In this document: piece after piece, positions 10,139 to 19,216 of the stretch
How the letters are laid out: every line of letters starts with the position of its first letter
How positions within the stretch are numbered: position 1 is the stretch's first letter
From: an uncultured delta proteobacterium
Lineage (GTDB): Bacteria; Desulfobacterota; Desulfobacteria; Desulfobacterales; JAHEIW01
Assembly (NCBI GenBank): GCA_963706575.1
Contig: CAVPNL010000003.1
Coordinates: forward strand, 352,001-416,000
Direction: 5' to 3'
Length of the DNA: 64,000 nucleotides
Made by a program: the position numbers and the translations under genes
The notes under the pieces: generated by a model
Told to the model about the DNA's origin: nothing
The model's database searches: none
What the model saw: the letters and a program-made list of their open reading frames with translations, nothing else

Positions 10139-10472
10139 AAGACGAATGATCTGCTTGTAATTATTTTAATCGAATGACAATTGCCCCAGTTATCTATCAT
10201 TTTCTGATTTGTTCTATATGACTCGCTAATCTGAATAATTTTGGCTTTGTGATATTGCATATTCATAGCCGCTACACAATTCAACCAAAATGTGGGTTGC
10301 GGGACCTAATATACAACCACGGATAGTAACGAAATTGGCATAATTTTAAACCTGAGATATAAAATGAATATCACAAGAATTTTGATGATTCAAAACCTTT
10401 GATATGTTGGAGCTAATCTGCAACTTCAGATGGGCGGGCTAATTAGACACATAGGGCAAGAATTTATATTTT

Positions 10473-11081
10473 TCAGAAGGCAAATTTTAGTCCGAGACAT
10501 AAGTAGTTAGAAACACTTTGCCCGATTATTCCTTTGGCACCTGATCGATGGTGAATGCGGAGCATTAAATCCCACATAGAATATTGCGGAAGGCCAAATG
10601 TAAATTCAAACGCAAGGTAACCCAACAAGTGTTGAGCGTTTTTGTCTCTTTTCAACTCAGTTTCAGATATATCGCTATAGTAAGACAGGCCACCCCCCAT
10701 AGCAAAGCTGGTATCGATATACTTGTCCCAAGGAAATGGATGCCAGCGCCCAAGCACCAGTCCTACAAATTCCCAATGATCATTGTCTGATCCGAAATGT
10801 TTTCCTACCTGGCCTTCGAGCTCAAAACTTAACCATTGCTTGTATTGATAAATCTCTCTTGCCAGAGCACCAACAGCCACATAGTTTCCATCTGAATAAT
10901 CCGCATTAAGGGTAGCGATCTCAGCCAAATTTTCTTCTGTACGTGCTCCCCCGTAGATAGACACAAACCATTTGTAATCCGATTCAGTTTTTTCAGTGTC
11001 TGAAGAATTAGCACTTACATTTGATGAAATTAAAACTAGCAATATTTGTATAACTACCCAAAAGCATCTTCGTGAAGTCAA
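10473..11081 (-). CDS. Putative outer-membrane beta-barrel protein (PagL/acyloxyacyl hydrolase-like)
   Basis: Signal peptide, alternating aromatic beta-strands, RIHHRSG and SN motifs, C-terminal Phe; visibly AT-rich surroundings. Confidence 0.55.
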   Translation of the reverse strand: MTSRRCFWVVIQILLVLISSNVSANSSDTEKTESDYKWFVSIYGGARTEENLAEIATLNADYSDGNYVAVGALAREIYQYKQWLSFELEGQVGKHFGSDNDHWEFVGLVLGRWHPFPWDKYIDTSFAMGGGLSYYSDISETELKRDKNAQHLLGYLAFEFTFGLPQYSMWDLMLRIHHRSGAKGIIGQSVSNYLCLGLKFAF

Positions 11082-11398
11082 TACAACACCTCTTTTTCAG
11101 CCCAGATTTCGACATTAAAAATCCCATCCCAGTATTTCTGCCCTCATGGAGATGTTTTAAAGGGTGAATTGCAATTATTACAAAGTTGAGTCTAACTATC
11201 ATTACTATAGTGTGGTGCCAACCTTAAATTTACTGAGGAACCACCAAAAATCGAAAATCTTGTGGTACGTAAATGAAATCCCGATAATTGAAAGTCTCCA
11301 AAAATCTAAATTATCTTACCATAGCACAGCTTCGGCAAAATCCCATATATGAGAATATCACAGGTTCAGCAATATAGCAGATGTGCTAATTTGGCAAG

Positions 11399-11423
11399 AA
11401 AAAACCCCGACGCGTCGCCGGGG
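11399..11423 (-). terminator. Intrinsic terminator
   Basis: Minus strand CCCCGGCGACGCGTCGGGG followed by a T-run, downstream of 11694..12878. Confidence 0.65.
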
Positions 11424-11501
11424 CCTCTTATGCTTTTTCGAGGGTGATTTTTCTAGTATTTGTTGATGGAAGTTGCAAATTTCTGTAATGTCTGCATCAT
11501 A

Positions 11502-11697
11502 CTAGAACCCATCTCAAAAATAGGATTTTGGTTCAAGGTCGCGGCGGAGCCGAGCTTTCCAGCGTTGCTGGACTTCCCGCCTGATTAAATCCTCTTTGTG
11601 GGTCGTAAACCGCAGGCATACTGTTGTATGTTGAGGATTTAAAGCGAATCACCAACAAAGATATTGGACCAAAAGACATTTTTGAGACGGGTTCTAG
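11502..11697 (+). mobile_element. MITE-like element, copy 1 (48-bp internal insertion)
   Basis: Terminal IR TAGAACCCATCTCAAAAAT ... ATTTTTGAGACGGGTTCTA with CTAG at both outer ends; body closely matches 55507-55652 and, reversed, 38347-38492. Confidence 0.8.
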
Positions 11698-12878
11698 ATA
11701 AAATTCAACGCACTATCGAGATCTGTAATTAAGTCATCTACTTCCTCTATTCCCGCAGAATATCGAATTAGGCTTTCCGGAATTCCCATCGCCTCTCTTT
11801 CTTCGGCTGTGCATTCTACGTGGCTGGTCGTCGCCGGCGGTCCCACTATGGTTTCCACTGAGCCTAAGTTGGCAGCCCGATGCGCGTATCTAAGCCGAGG
11901 TAGGAAGGCTTTTACTGCATCATAGCCACCTTTGACCATGAACGCAAGCATGCCCCCATAACCATTCATCTGCTGTCGGGCAATATCATGTTGAGGATGA
12001 GACGCTAGTCCTGGATAAAAAACTTTCATCACCTTAGGATGTTTTTCCAAATGTTCAGCTATTTGCATGGCGTTTTGACTCTGTCGACGCACGCGCAGGT
12101 GAAGGGTTTTCATCCCGCGCAACAAAAAATAGGCAGACATTGGCTCCAAAACCGCCCCGTTTATTTCTCGAAAATGATAGATTTGCTCGACCAGCTCCGA
12201 GGGCCCGCAAACTACCCCACCTAAGGCATCTGCATGTCCTCCCAGGAATTTGGTGGCACTATGCAAAACCAGGTCAGCTCCCAACTTCAAAGGTTTCTGG
12301 TTAATGGGTGTAGCAAATGTGTTGTCCACCACAACGAGTGCTCCGACCCTGCTGGCAGCATTTGACAAACGAACGATATCCACAATTTTCATGGTGGGGT
12401 TTGTGGGGCTTTCCAGATAAAGTATTTTACAGCCTGAACTTACAGCATTCTCTATGGCTTCGTGATCGGTGGTATTGCACAGAGTGACTTCAATATTAAA
12501 GCGCGGCAGAAATTCAATGAAAATCTTATTTGTTCCACCATAGCTGTCTTTAATTGAAACGATCCGATCTCCGGGCGATAGCAGGGCAAAAAGCGTGTTT
12601 GAGATCGCGGCCATTCCGCTGGCGAAACTGGTGGCTGAAGCCGCCCCTTCCAGTTGGCGAATTTTATTCTCAAAGACCCGCACCGTAGGATTGGTATTCC
12701 GGCTGTATATATGGCCCCGGGCTTTGCCCTGTCCGATTTCCAACCACTTATCCAAATCATCATAACCGAATGATACGCTGTGAACGACAGGAACCTGAGT
12801 GGCGCCTTCCCATAATGGTTCTTCTTCACCAGCCCAGACAGCCATGGTGCCTTCTCCAGGGGTTTTTTTGTGACTCAT
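11694..12878 (-). CDS. PLP-dependent trans-sulfuration enzyme (cystathionine gamma-synthase / methionine gamma-lyase family)
   Basis: YSRNTNPT, FASGMAAI, ESPTNP, VDNTFATP, HSATKFLGGH (PLP lysine), ANLG. Confidence 0.92.
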   Translation of the reverse strand: MSHKKTPGEGTMAVWAGEEEPLWEGATQVPVVHSVSFGYDDLDKWLEIGQGKARGHIYSRNTNPTVRVFENKIRQLEGAASATSFASGMAAISNTLFALLSPGDRIVSIKDSYGGTNKIFIEFLPRFNIEVTLCNTTDHEAIENAVSSGCKILYLESPTNPTMKIVDIVRLSNAASRVGALVVVDNTFATPINQKPLKLGADLVLHSATKFLGGHADALGGVVCGPSELVEQIYHFREINGAVLEPMSAYFLLRGMKTLHLRVRRQSQNAMQIAEHLEKHPKVMKVFYPGLASHPQHDIARQQMNGYGGMLAFMVKGGYDAVKAFLPRLRYAHRAANLGSVETIVGPPATTSHVECTAEEREAMGIPESLIRYSAGIEEVDDLITDLDSALNFI

Positions 12879-13011
12879 TGTATATTCTCCTTCTCTCCTA
12901 ATTACTAAAAGGCTTTTCCTTTTCTGATGCAGTATTTTTAGGCCTTACGGTTTGAAAACATCCGACGAACTTTCCATTTTTTAAAATGGGTGAAAGGGTT
13001 ACACAAATGAT

Positions 13012-13782
13012 TTAATCGCTGGTGATATGCGCGTATGCGCTGTGGTTGTGGATGGATTCGAAATTCTCGGCGCTGACTGAATACCAGGTGATATTGTCAT
13101 CTTCTTCCAGTTTTTTGGCAATGTCCCGCACAATATCTTCGACAAACTTGGGATTGGCAAATGCTGTTTCGGTGACATGCTTTTCGTCCACGCGCTTTAA
13201 AACGGAGTACACATCGGTAGAAGCCGCACCTTCCACCAGTTCAATCATATCTTCCATCCAGATGAATTTCTTAAAGCGGGTCGCCAGCTGCACCTCACCG
13301 CGCTGGTTGTGGGCGCCTTGGTCGCTGATTTCCAGCGAGCAGGGACAGACGGATGAGATGGGCACAATGACTTCTGAAACCAGATCGATTTTGCCGGACG
13401 GATCACTGGTACCGATGATGCGGCAGGTGTAATCCATCAAACCCGGCAAGGTGCTGACCGGCGCTTTCTTTTCGATAAAGTAGGGAAATGTGACTTCAAT
13501 GTGCGCCGAAGCCGCATTGAGGTGCTTCTTCATACTTTCCAGGATTTCAGAAAATTTTTGCAGTGAAACTTCCGTTTGTAAAAGATGAAGCATCTCGACA
13601 AACCGGCTCATGTGAGTGCCCTTATACTCATGGGGCAAATCAACATACATATTGATGGTGGCAACCGTATTTTGCGAACCGTCACGGCGATCACGAACCG
13701 TTATCGGATATCGCAAATTTTTGATACCGACCTTATCAATCGGGATGTTGCGGTAATCGCGCTGGTTTTGGGTGTCTTTCAT
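13012..13782 (-). CDS. folE2: GTP cyclohydrolase IB
   Basis: IDKVGI, KGTHMSRF, SVCPCS, GAHNQR, KRVDE, PKFVED, ESIHNH. Confidence 0.97.
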   Translation of the reverse strand: MKDTQNQRDYRNIPIDKVGIKNLRYPITVRDRRDGSQNTVATINMYVDLPHEYKGTHMSRFVEMLHLLQTEVSLQKFSEILESMKKHLNAASAHIEVTFPYFIEKKAPVSTLPGLMDYTCRIIGTSDPSGKIDLVSEVIVPISSVCPCSLEISDQGAHNQRGEVQLATRFKKFIWMEDMIELVEGAASTDVYSVLKRVDEKHVTETAFANPKFVEDIVRDIAKKLEEDDNITWYSVSAENFESIHNHSAYAHITSD

Positions 13783-13783
13783 G

Positions 13784-14515
13784 CTATTTTAGAAGGTAAT
13801 CTATTTTCACCCGGCTCATTGCCCGGAAGATGTTGCCTTTGATTTTTTTATTGCTGCGGTAAAGCTGCTTTAAAACGGTTTTTATTTCCCGGCGTTTTGA
13901 ATGATTTGCTGAAGGACACGGATTGACAAACTCGGGAAAACGTTGCTCCCCGGCAAACGCCCGGATAAGGTCCTCATCCGCATAGGCCAGCGGCCGGACA
14001 ACGGTGAACCTTCCCTTAAAGAATTTCTGGGAGGGAACCATGGTGCTCATTTCGCCCGCGTAGCAAATGTTTAAAAAAAGGGTTTCAATGATGTCGTCTT
14101 TGTTATGCCCCAGTGCCAGTTTATTGCATCCCAGTTCATCGGCAATTTCAAAAAGACGTTTGCGGCGCAGGCGCGAGCATAAAAAACAGGGATTTTCGCG
14201 GTTGACCGTGCTGTGTCCCAAAATCCCATAATCTGTATGCTCAACCCTTAATGGGAAGCCGGAATTGGCACAGTAGGTTTTAAGCGATTCACTGAATCCG
14301 CCTTCAAAACCCGGATCGATGTGTACCGGAAACAGCTCAAAGCTTATGGGTATGCGCGGCAGCCGTTCGGCCAGCACCCACATCATCGTCAGACTGTCAG
14401 CCCCCCCGGATATCCCCACAATGATTCGATCACCGTCCTGCAGCATGTCATACCGGTGTACGGCTTTGCCGACAGCCCGGTTTAAAGCCTTGTATTTCGC
14501 GCTATTCCTGGTTAC
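13784..14515 (-). CDS. ttcA: tRNA 2-thiocytidine biosynthesis protein TtcA
   Basis: PP-loop SGGADS, CFLCSRLRR, LGHNKDD, RPL, CP. The first ATG is at 14446, but TtcA-like sequence continues in frame upstream to about 14515. Confidence 0.88.
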   Translation of the reverse strand, partial: VTRNSAKYKALNRAVGKAVHRYDMLQDGDRIIVGISGGADSLTMMWVLAERLPRIPISFELFPVHIDPGFEGGFSESLKTYCANSGFPLRVEHTDYGILGHSTVNRENPCFLCSRLRRKRLFEIADELGCNKLALGHNKDDIIETLFLNICYAGEMSTMVPSQKFFKGRFTVVRPLAYADEDLIRAFAGEQRFPEFVNPCPSANHSKRREIKTVLKQLYRSNKKIKGNIFRAMSRVKIDYLLK

Positions 14516-14718
14516 GTTTCTGCCTCTTCCTTTTCGATCATTGTAATTTTTCCGGCGGCCACCTCCCGCAAAGCGACCACAACATCTTCATTCTTGGGAG
14601 AACTTACCAGATAATCAGATCCTTCCCGAATCTGTCTGACGCGCTGGGAGACCATGTTTACCAACAAAAATCGATTGCCAACTTTTTTTAGACAATCCTC
14701 AATTGTAATTCGTGCCAC
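14512..14718 (-). CDS. rpoZ: RNA polymerase omega subunit
   Basis: MARITIEDCL, NRFLLV, ALREVA; GGAGG RBS. Confidence 0.96.
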   Translation of the reverse strand: MARITIEDCLKKVGNRFLLVNMVSQRVRQIREGSDYLVSSPKNEDVVVALREVAAGKITMIEKEEAET

Positions 14719-14743
14719 GAAAAGACCTCCGTCGGATGTGTTT

Positions 14744-14836
14744 TATTTGTTTAATTTGTTTAAATTGGTTTTATTGGTTTGGTTCGGTGAACATCAATAA
14801 TTATTAAACCAATTGAACCAATCCAACCAATCGAAC
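14744..14836. repeat. Inverted pair of 9-bp periodic arrays
   Basis: TATTTGTTT AATTTGTTT AAATTGGTT TTATTGGTT faces TAAACCAAT TGAACCAAT CCAACCAAT CGAAC. Confidence 0.75.
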
Positions 14837-14839
14837 ATT

Positions 14840-15307
14840 CTACAATATCTCTATGAGTTCATACATGCGTTTGCCGCCGGGGACCTCAAGGGTAAGTTCA
14901 TCACCCGGCTTTCGGCCAATGATCGCCTTCCCGAGAGGCGATGATACGGATATGCGACCGTTTCCAATATCCGATTCATCCGGCCCCACCAGTTGATATC
15001 TTACATCCTCCCCGGTTTCGATGTTTTCAAGAACGACTTTGCAGCCGAAAACAGCCCGATCCTTGGGCAGTTTGTCGGTGTCAATAATATCAATATGGGC
15101 CAGCTTGAATTCCAATTCATTGATGCGCCCTTCAATAAAGCCCTGACGATCTTTAGCAGCGGCATACTCTGCATTTTCACTTAAATCACCGTGAGCCCTT
15201 GCTTCTTCTATTGCTTTTATATTTTGGGGGCGCTCAATTCTTTTCAGGTTTTGCAGCTCTTTTCTAAGGGCTTCAAAACCCTGCCTGGTGACGGGGACTC
15301 GTTCCAA
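14840..15307 (-). CDS. greA: Transcription elongation factor GreA
   Basis: ARAHGDLSENAEY, ISVSSPLGKAIIG. Confidence 0.97.
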   Translation of the reverse strand: MERVPVTRQGFEALRKELQNLKRIERPQNIKAIEEARAHGDLSENAEYAAAKDRQGFIEGRINELEFKLAHIDIIDTDKLPKDRAVFGCKVVLENIETGEDVRYQLVGPDESDIGNGRISVSSPLGKAIIGRKPGDELTLEVPGGKRMYELIEIL

Positions 15308-15319
15308 TTTGTACTCCTG

Positions 15320-15421
15320 GTCGAATTGAGTGAAGAAAACTCAATTCGACGTTAATTGTTATTTGTTATTTAAATTCTGAATTCCCAAATTCCTCAATCC
15401 TGCAATTCCTAAATTCCTAAA
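15320..15421. repeat. Hairpin plus 8-bp periodic array
   Basis: GTCGAATTGAGT-N-ACTCAATTCGAC stem at 15320-15350, then AATTCTG AATTCCCA AATTCCTC AATCCTGC AATTCCTA AATTCCTA. Confidence 0.65.
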
Positions 15422-15424
15422 TTA

Positions 15425-16447
15425 TCATAAATATTCTTTTGCCAGGATTTGGGCAATCTGCACGGTGTTGGTAGCGGCACCTTTTCTAATGTTGTCAGCG
15501 ACGATCCACATATTGAGGCCGTTGGGAATAGATTCATCCTGACGAATCCGCCCGACTAAGGTTAAATCCTGGCCGGCAGCATCTGTAGCCAGCGGGTACA
15601 GATTTTTACCGGGGTCATCCATCACTTGAACTCCCGGCGCATTTTCCAGCAAGGCCCTGACATCCTTAGCAGATACCGGTTCATGGGTTTCAATGTTAAC
15701 GGATTCGGAATGCCCGAAGAAAACCGGCACGCGTACCGTCGTGGCCGTGACGGCGATGGAATCATCCTCCATGATCTTGCGGGTTTCGTTGACCATTTTC
15801 ATTTCTTCTTTGGTATACCCATTGTCCAGAAAAGTATCGATATGGGGCAAACAATTAAAAGCAATGCGATGCGGGTATACCCGATTCTCATAATCCAAAA
15901 AATTGATCATCGCCCGGGATTGGTCGAAAAGTTCATCAATGGCTTTCTTACCCGTTCCCGATACCGCCTGATAGGTAGATACCACGATTCGTTTAATACC
16001 ATATTTTTTGTGAATCGGATGCAGCGCCACGACCATCTGGATCGTCGAACAATTCGGGTTGGCGATAATGCCCTTTTCCGTATGTTGAGCGATGGCATGT
16101 GGATTTACCTCAGGCACCACCAGCGGCACCTGGGGATCCATTCGCCAGGCGCTCGAGTTGTCTACGACCACACATCCGTCCTTGGCAGCAAAAGGGGCAA
16201 ATTTTTCGCTGGTGCCGCCGCCGGCTGAAAAAAGGGCAATATCGAATCCTTTAAAAGAATCCTCCTTCAGCTCTTTTACATCGATCAGGTCGCCTTTAAA
16301 TCTGAGCTGGCGGCCAACTGAACGACTCGAGGCCAAAAATACGACGGAATTCATCGGGAAATCCATCTCTTCCAGACAGCGGATCATCTGATTTCCCACC
16401 GCACCGGTAGCACCGGCAACCGCAATGTTCATTTTTTTCTGCGCCAT
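15425..16447 (-). CDS. asd: Aspartate-semialdehyde dehydrogenase
   Basis: GATGAVG, VDNSSAWR, IANPNCSTIQ, DNIRKGAATN. Confidence 0.98.
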   Translation of the reverse strand: MAQKKMNIAVAGATGAVGNQMIRCLEEMDFPMNSVVFLASSRSVGRQLRFKGDLIDVKELKEDSFKGFDIALFSAGGGTSEKFAPFAAKDGCVVVDNSSAWRMDPQVPLVVPEVNPHAIAQHTEKGIIANPNCSTIQMVVALHPIHKKYGIKRIVVSTYQAVSGTGKKAIDELFDQSRAMINFLDYENRVYPHRIAFNCLPHIDTFLDNGYTKEEMKMVNETRKIMEDDSIAVTATTVRVPVFFGHSESVNIETHEPVSAKDVRALLENAPGVQVMDDPGKNLYPLATDAAGQDLTLVGRIRQDESIPNGLNMWIVADNIRKGAATNTVQIAQILAKEYL

Positions 16448-16485
16448 ACCTTGTTCCTTGCATATTATTTTTTTTCAAACCACTT

Positions 16486-17559
16486 CTAACAGTTTTTTAC
16501 GATATAATCTACTACCAGATCCCCAACCGCCTGGGTCGAATGCCCCATTTTACCGGCTGCGACATCCTTGATATCTTCCCGCAATACTTTGGCAACACCG
16601 TCTTCAACAAGTGCGGCGGCCTTTTTTTCCCCGATGGTATCCAGCATCAACTGCGCTGCGGATATGGCTGCAATCGGATTTATTTTGTTCTGGCCGGTAT
16701 ACTTGGGTGCCGAGCCGCCGATGGGTTCAAACATCGAAACGCCATTGGGGTTGATATTGGCGCCGGCCGCGATTCCCATGCCGCCCTGCAACATCGCACC
16801 CAGATCGGTAATAATATCACCAAACATATTATCGGTGACGATCACATCGAACCACTCCGGGTTTTTTACCATCCACATGCACAGGGCATCAATATGGGCA
16901 TAATCGGTTTCAATATCCGGGTACTCCTCAGCAACCTCGTAGAATGTTCGTTCCCAGAGGTCAAAGGCATAGGTCAGTACATTGGTTTTACCGCAAAGGG
17001 TGAGCTTCTTGGTCTTGTTTCTTGTGCGGCAATAATCAAAGGCATATCGAATGCAGCGTTCGACACCTTTGCGAGTATTGATAGATTCCTGAGTGGCAAT
17101 CTCATCCGGCGTGCCACGCTTCAGGCAGCCACCGGCACCGGCATAAATCCCTTCCGTATTTTCACGTACGACGACAAAATCGATATCTTCAGCGCCTTTG
17201 TTCTTGATCGGCGTATAAACACCCTCATAGAGCTTCACCGGTCTTAAGTTGATATATTGATCCAGAGTAAACCGGATTTTCAACAGAATGCCCTTCTCAA
17301 GGACACCGGGTTGCACTTCCGGATGACCGATGGCCCCCAGAAAAATGGCATCTCTTTGAGCGAGTGAATCAAGCTGTTGATCGGAAATGGTTTCTCCGGT
17401 GGCCAGGTAATGATCACCGCCGATATCGTAAGTCGAGAACTGATAACCGAAATTACATTTGGCGGCCACCGCTTCAAGCACCTTTATGCCTTCGGCGACG
17501 ACCTCCGGCCCGGTTCCATCTCCCGGGATAACAGCGATATTATATGCTTTTTTCATCAA
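16486..17559 (-). CDS. leuB: 3-isopropylmalate dehydrogenase
   Basis: PGDGTGPEV, NLRP, VRENTEG, DNMFGDIITD, FEPIGGSAP; adjacent to asd. Confidence 0.9.
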   Translation of the reverse strand: MMKKAYNIAVIPGDGTGPEVVAEGIKVLEAVAAKCNFGYQFSTYDIGGDHYLATGETISDQQLDSLAQRDAIFLGAIGHPEVQPGVLEKGILLKIRFTLDQYINLRPVKLYEGVYTPIKNKGAEDIDFVVVRENTEGIYAGAGGCLKRGTPDEIATQESINTRKGVERCIRYAFDYCRTRNKTKKLTLCGKTNVLTYAFDLWERTFYEVAEEYPDIETDYAHIDALCMWMVKNPEWFDVIVTDNMFGDIITDLGAMLQGGMGIAAGANINPNGVSMFEPIGGSAPKYTGQNKINPIAAISAAQLMLDTIGEKKAAALVEDGVAKVLREDIKDVAAGKMGHSTQAVGDLVVDYIVKNC

Positions 17560-17632
17560 TAAATTCCATTAGTCTAAGATTTACATTTGAGATCGGTTAA
17601 AAAAAAACCGGGCTCTGTGAACCGGAGGATTC

Positions 17633-17691
17633 TTGAACCCGCCTCAAAAATGTCTTTTGGCCCAATACCTTTGGTGGGCACTTGGGTTCAA
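17633..17691 (-). mobile_element. Internally deleted MITE copy (59 bp)
   Basis: TTGAACCCGCCTCAAAAATGTCTTTTGGCCCAATACCTTTG...GGGTTCAA; matches one arm of the family, keeps an 8-bp IR and abuts the psd stop. Confidence 0.7.
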
Positions 17692-18369
17692 TTAAGGCAT
17701 CGCAAATCGTCCGATAACAGAAGACCCCGCCTTTACTTTATCACCGACTGACACCTTGGTTTCGACATCATCCGGCAGATACACATCAAGCCGCGAACCA
17801 AAGCAGATCATGCCGAAACGCTGGCCTTTACGCACATCATCACCGGGCTGCACCTTACAGATAATCCTTCTGGCAATCAAGCCGGCGACCTGAACGGTAC
17901 ACAGCGGTTTGCCGTCTGCAGTTTCAAGAAAAACGGCGTTGTGCTCATTTTGCAAAGATGCTTTGTCCAGGTTCGCCGAAAAAAATTTACCGGGATGATA
18001 ACCCACTTTTTTGACCTTACCGTCAAAGGGAATACGATTGACGTGCACATTAAATACAGACATAAAAATGCTGATCTTCTGGCAACTGCCCTCGCAAAAG
18101 GAAGTGTGATCAACGGGGCCCACCGCAATAACCTTGCCATCCGCCGGCGAAACGATGGCATCCGGTTGATTGGGAATCACCCGATCCGGATCCCTGAAAA
18201 ACCCGCAAAAGCAGAAGGTGAGCACCAGACCCAATAAGGTCAAATAGGTCATCCCTAACAGGGCAAAAATCAAGGTGACAAATGCCGCACCGAAAATCGG
18301 CACAAATCCGGCTCTTGCCACCGGAAAAGCCGTCTGGCCCGGTGGATCCGGCCAAGAATGTGGGTTCAT
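17692..18369 (-). CDS. psd: Phosphatidylserine decarboxylase proenzyme
   Basis: FFRDPDR, SPADG, IFMSVFNVHVNR, QVAGLIARRI, FGSR cleavage motif. Confidence 0.96.
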   Translation of the reverse strand: MNPHSWPDPPGQTAFPVARAGFVPIFGAAFVTLIFALLGMTYLTLLGLVLTFCFCGFFRDPDRVIPNQPDAIVSPADGKVIAVGPVDHTSFCEGSCQKISIFMSVFNVHVNRIPFDGKVKKVGYHPGKFFSANLDKASLQNEHNAVFLETADGKPLCTVQVAGLIARRIICKVQPGDDVRKGQRFGMICFGSRLDVYLPDDVETKVSVGDKVKAGSSVIGRFAMP

Positions 18370-18529
18370 GGAATTCTTATCTTGTCCCAGATGTTAAAAG
18401 TAAAATGGGTTTACGGAAGAATCTCCCGTAAACCTTAACCCGCATCCATATCAACATGGATACGGATTGTCAATGATTACCGTGGCATGGTTAGATAAGC
18501 CCTGACCCATTGCAGGCTTGAGCGTAACA

Positions 18530-19213
18530 TCATCGGCCAAAGTTTAATTCTGCATCCGATTTCCGGATGTAATGCGGGACCAGGCCGGCAATCGCATCTG
18601 TGTCTTCGGCCTCAAATCTGAGCCTGCTCAGAAAGGCAACACTCGATGCCCGTATTATATTTTGGCCCTCGGGGACAAAATGGGCCAAATTTCCCAGGGC
18701 AGCTATAATCTCTTGGCGATAAAGCCGGGCACCGGTTCCGATAAACACACAGGGCGATTTAATGCTCTCGACTACGGCCTCAGGACTCATCGCGCGCTCG
18801 CTTGTCTTTTGAACGAACTGATCCGCATTGAAACGATAGGTGGCAGCATATACCTCGCCTTTGCGAGCATCCAGCAACGGGCAGATTAAATGCGGTGTTT
18901 GACCACATTGCCGGGCAAGCGCTTTAAGCGTTGATACCCCCACAACCGGTTTGCCCAGCGCATGCGCTAATCCCTTGATCGTACTGATGCCGATTCGCAG
19001 GCCGGTGAAAGAGCCCGGACCGATCGTAACGGCCAGCCCGTCCAAATCTCCAACACCAAAACCGGCTTTTTCCAGAACTGAATGGATTAATTCAATTAAG
19101 TGTTTAGAGTGGGTCTGGTTTTTACTTATGGTTAATTCAGCGGCCAGTTTCCCTTCATCAGTTGCGGCAACACTGCAGCTGTTTGTGGCTGTATCCAGTG
19201 CAAGGATTTTCAT
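18530..19213 (-). CDS. tsaB: tRNA t6A37 biosynthesis protein TsaB
   Basis: ILALDTA, HS, GPGSFTGLRIG, DARKGEVY. Confidence 0.96.
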   Translation of the reverse strand: MKILALDTATNSCSVAATDEGKLAAELTISKNQTHSKHLIELIHSVLEKAGFGVGDLDGLAVTIGPGSFTGLRIGISTIKGLAHALGKPVVGVSTLKALARQCGQTPHLICPLLDARKGEVYAATYRFNADQFVQKTSERAMSPEAVVESIKSPCVFIGTGARLYRQEIIAALGNLAHFVPEGQNIIRASSVAFLSRLRFEAEDTDAIAGLVPHYIRKSDAELNFGR

Positions 19214-19216
19214 CGG

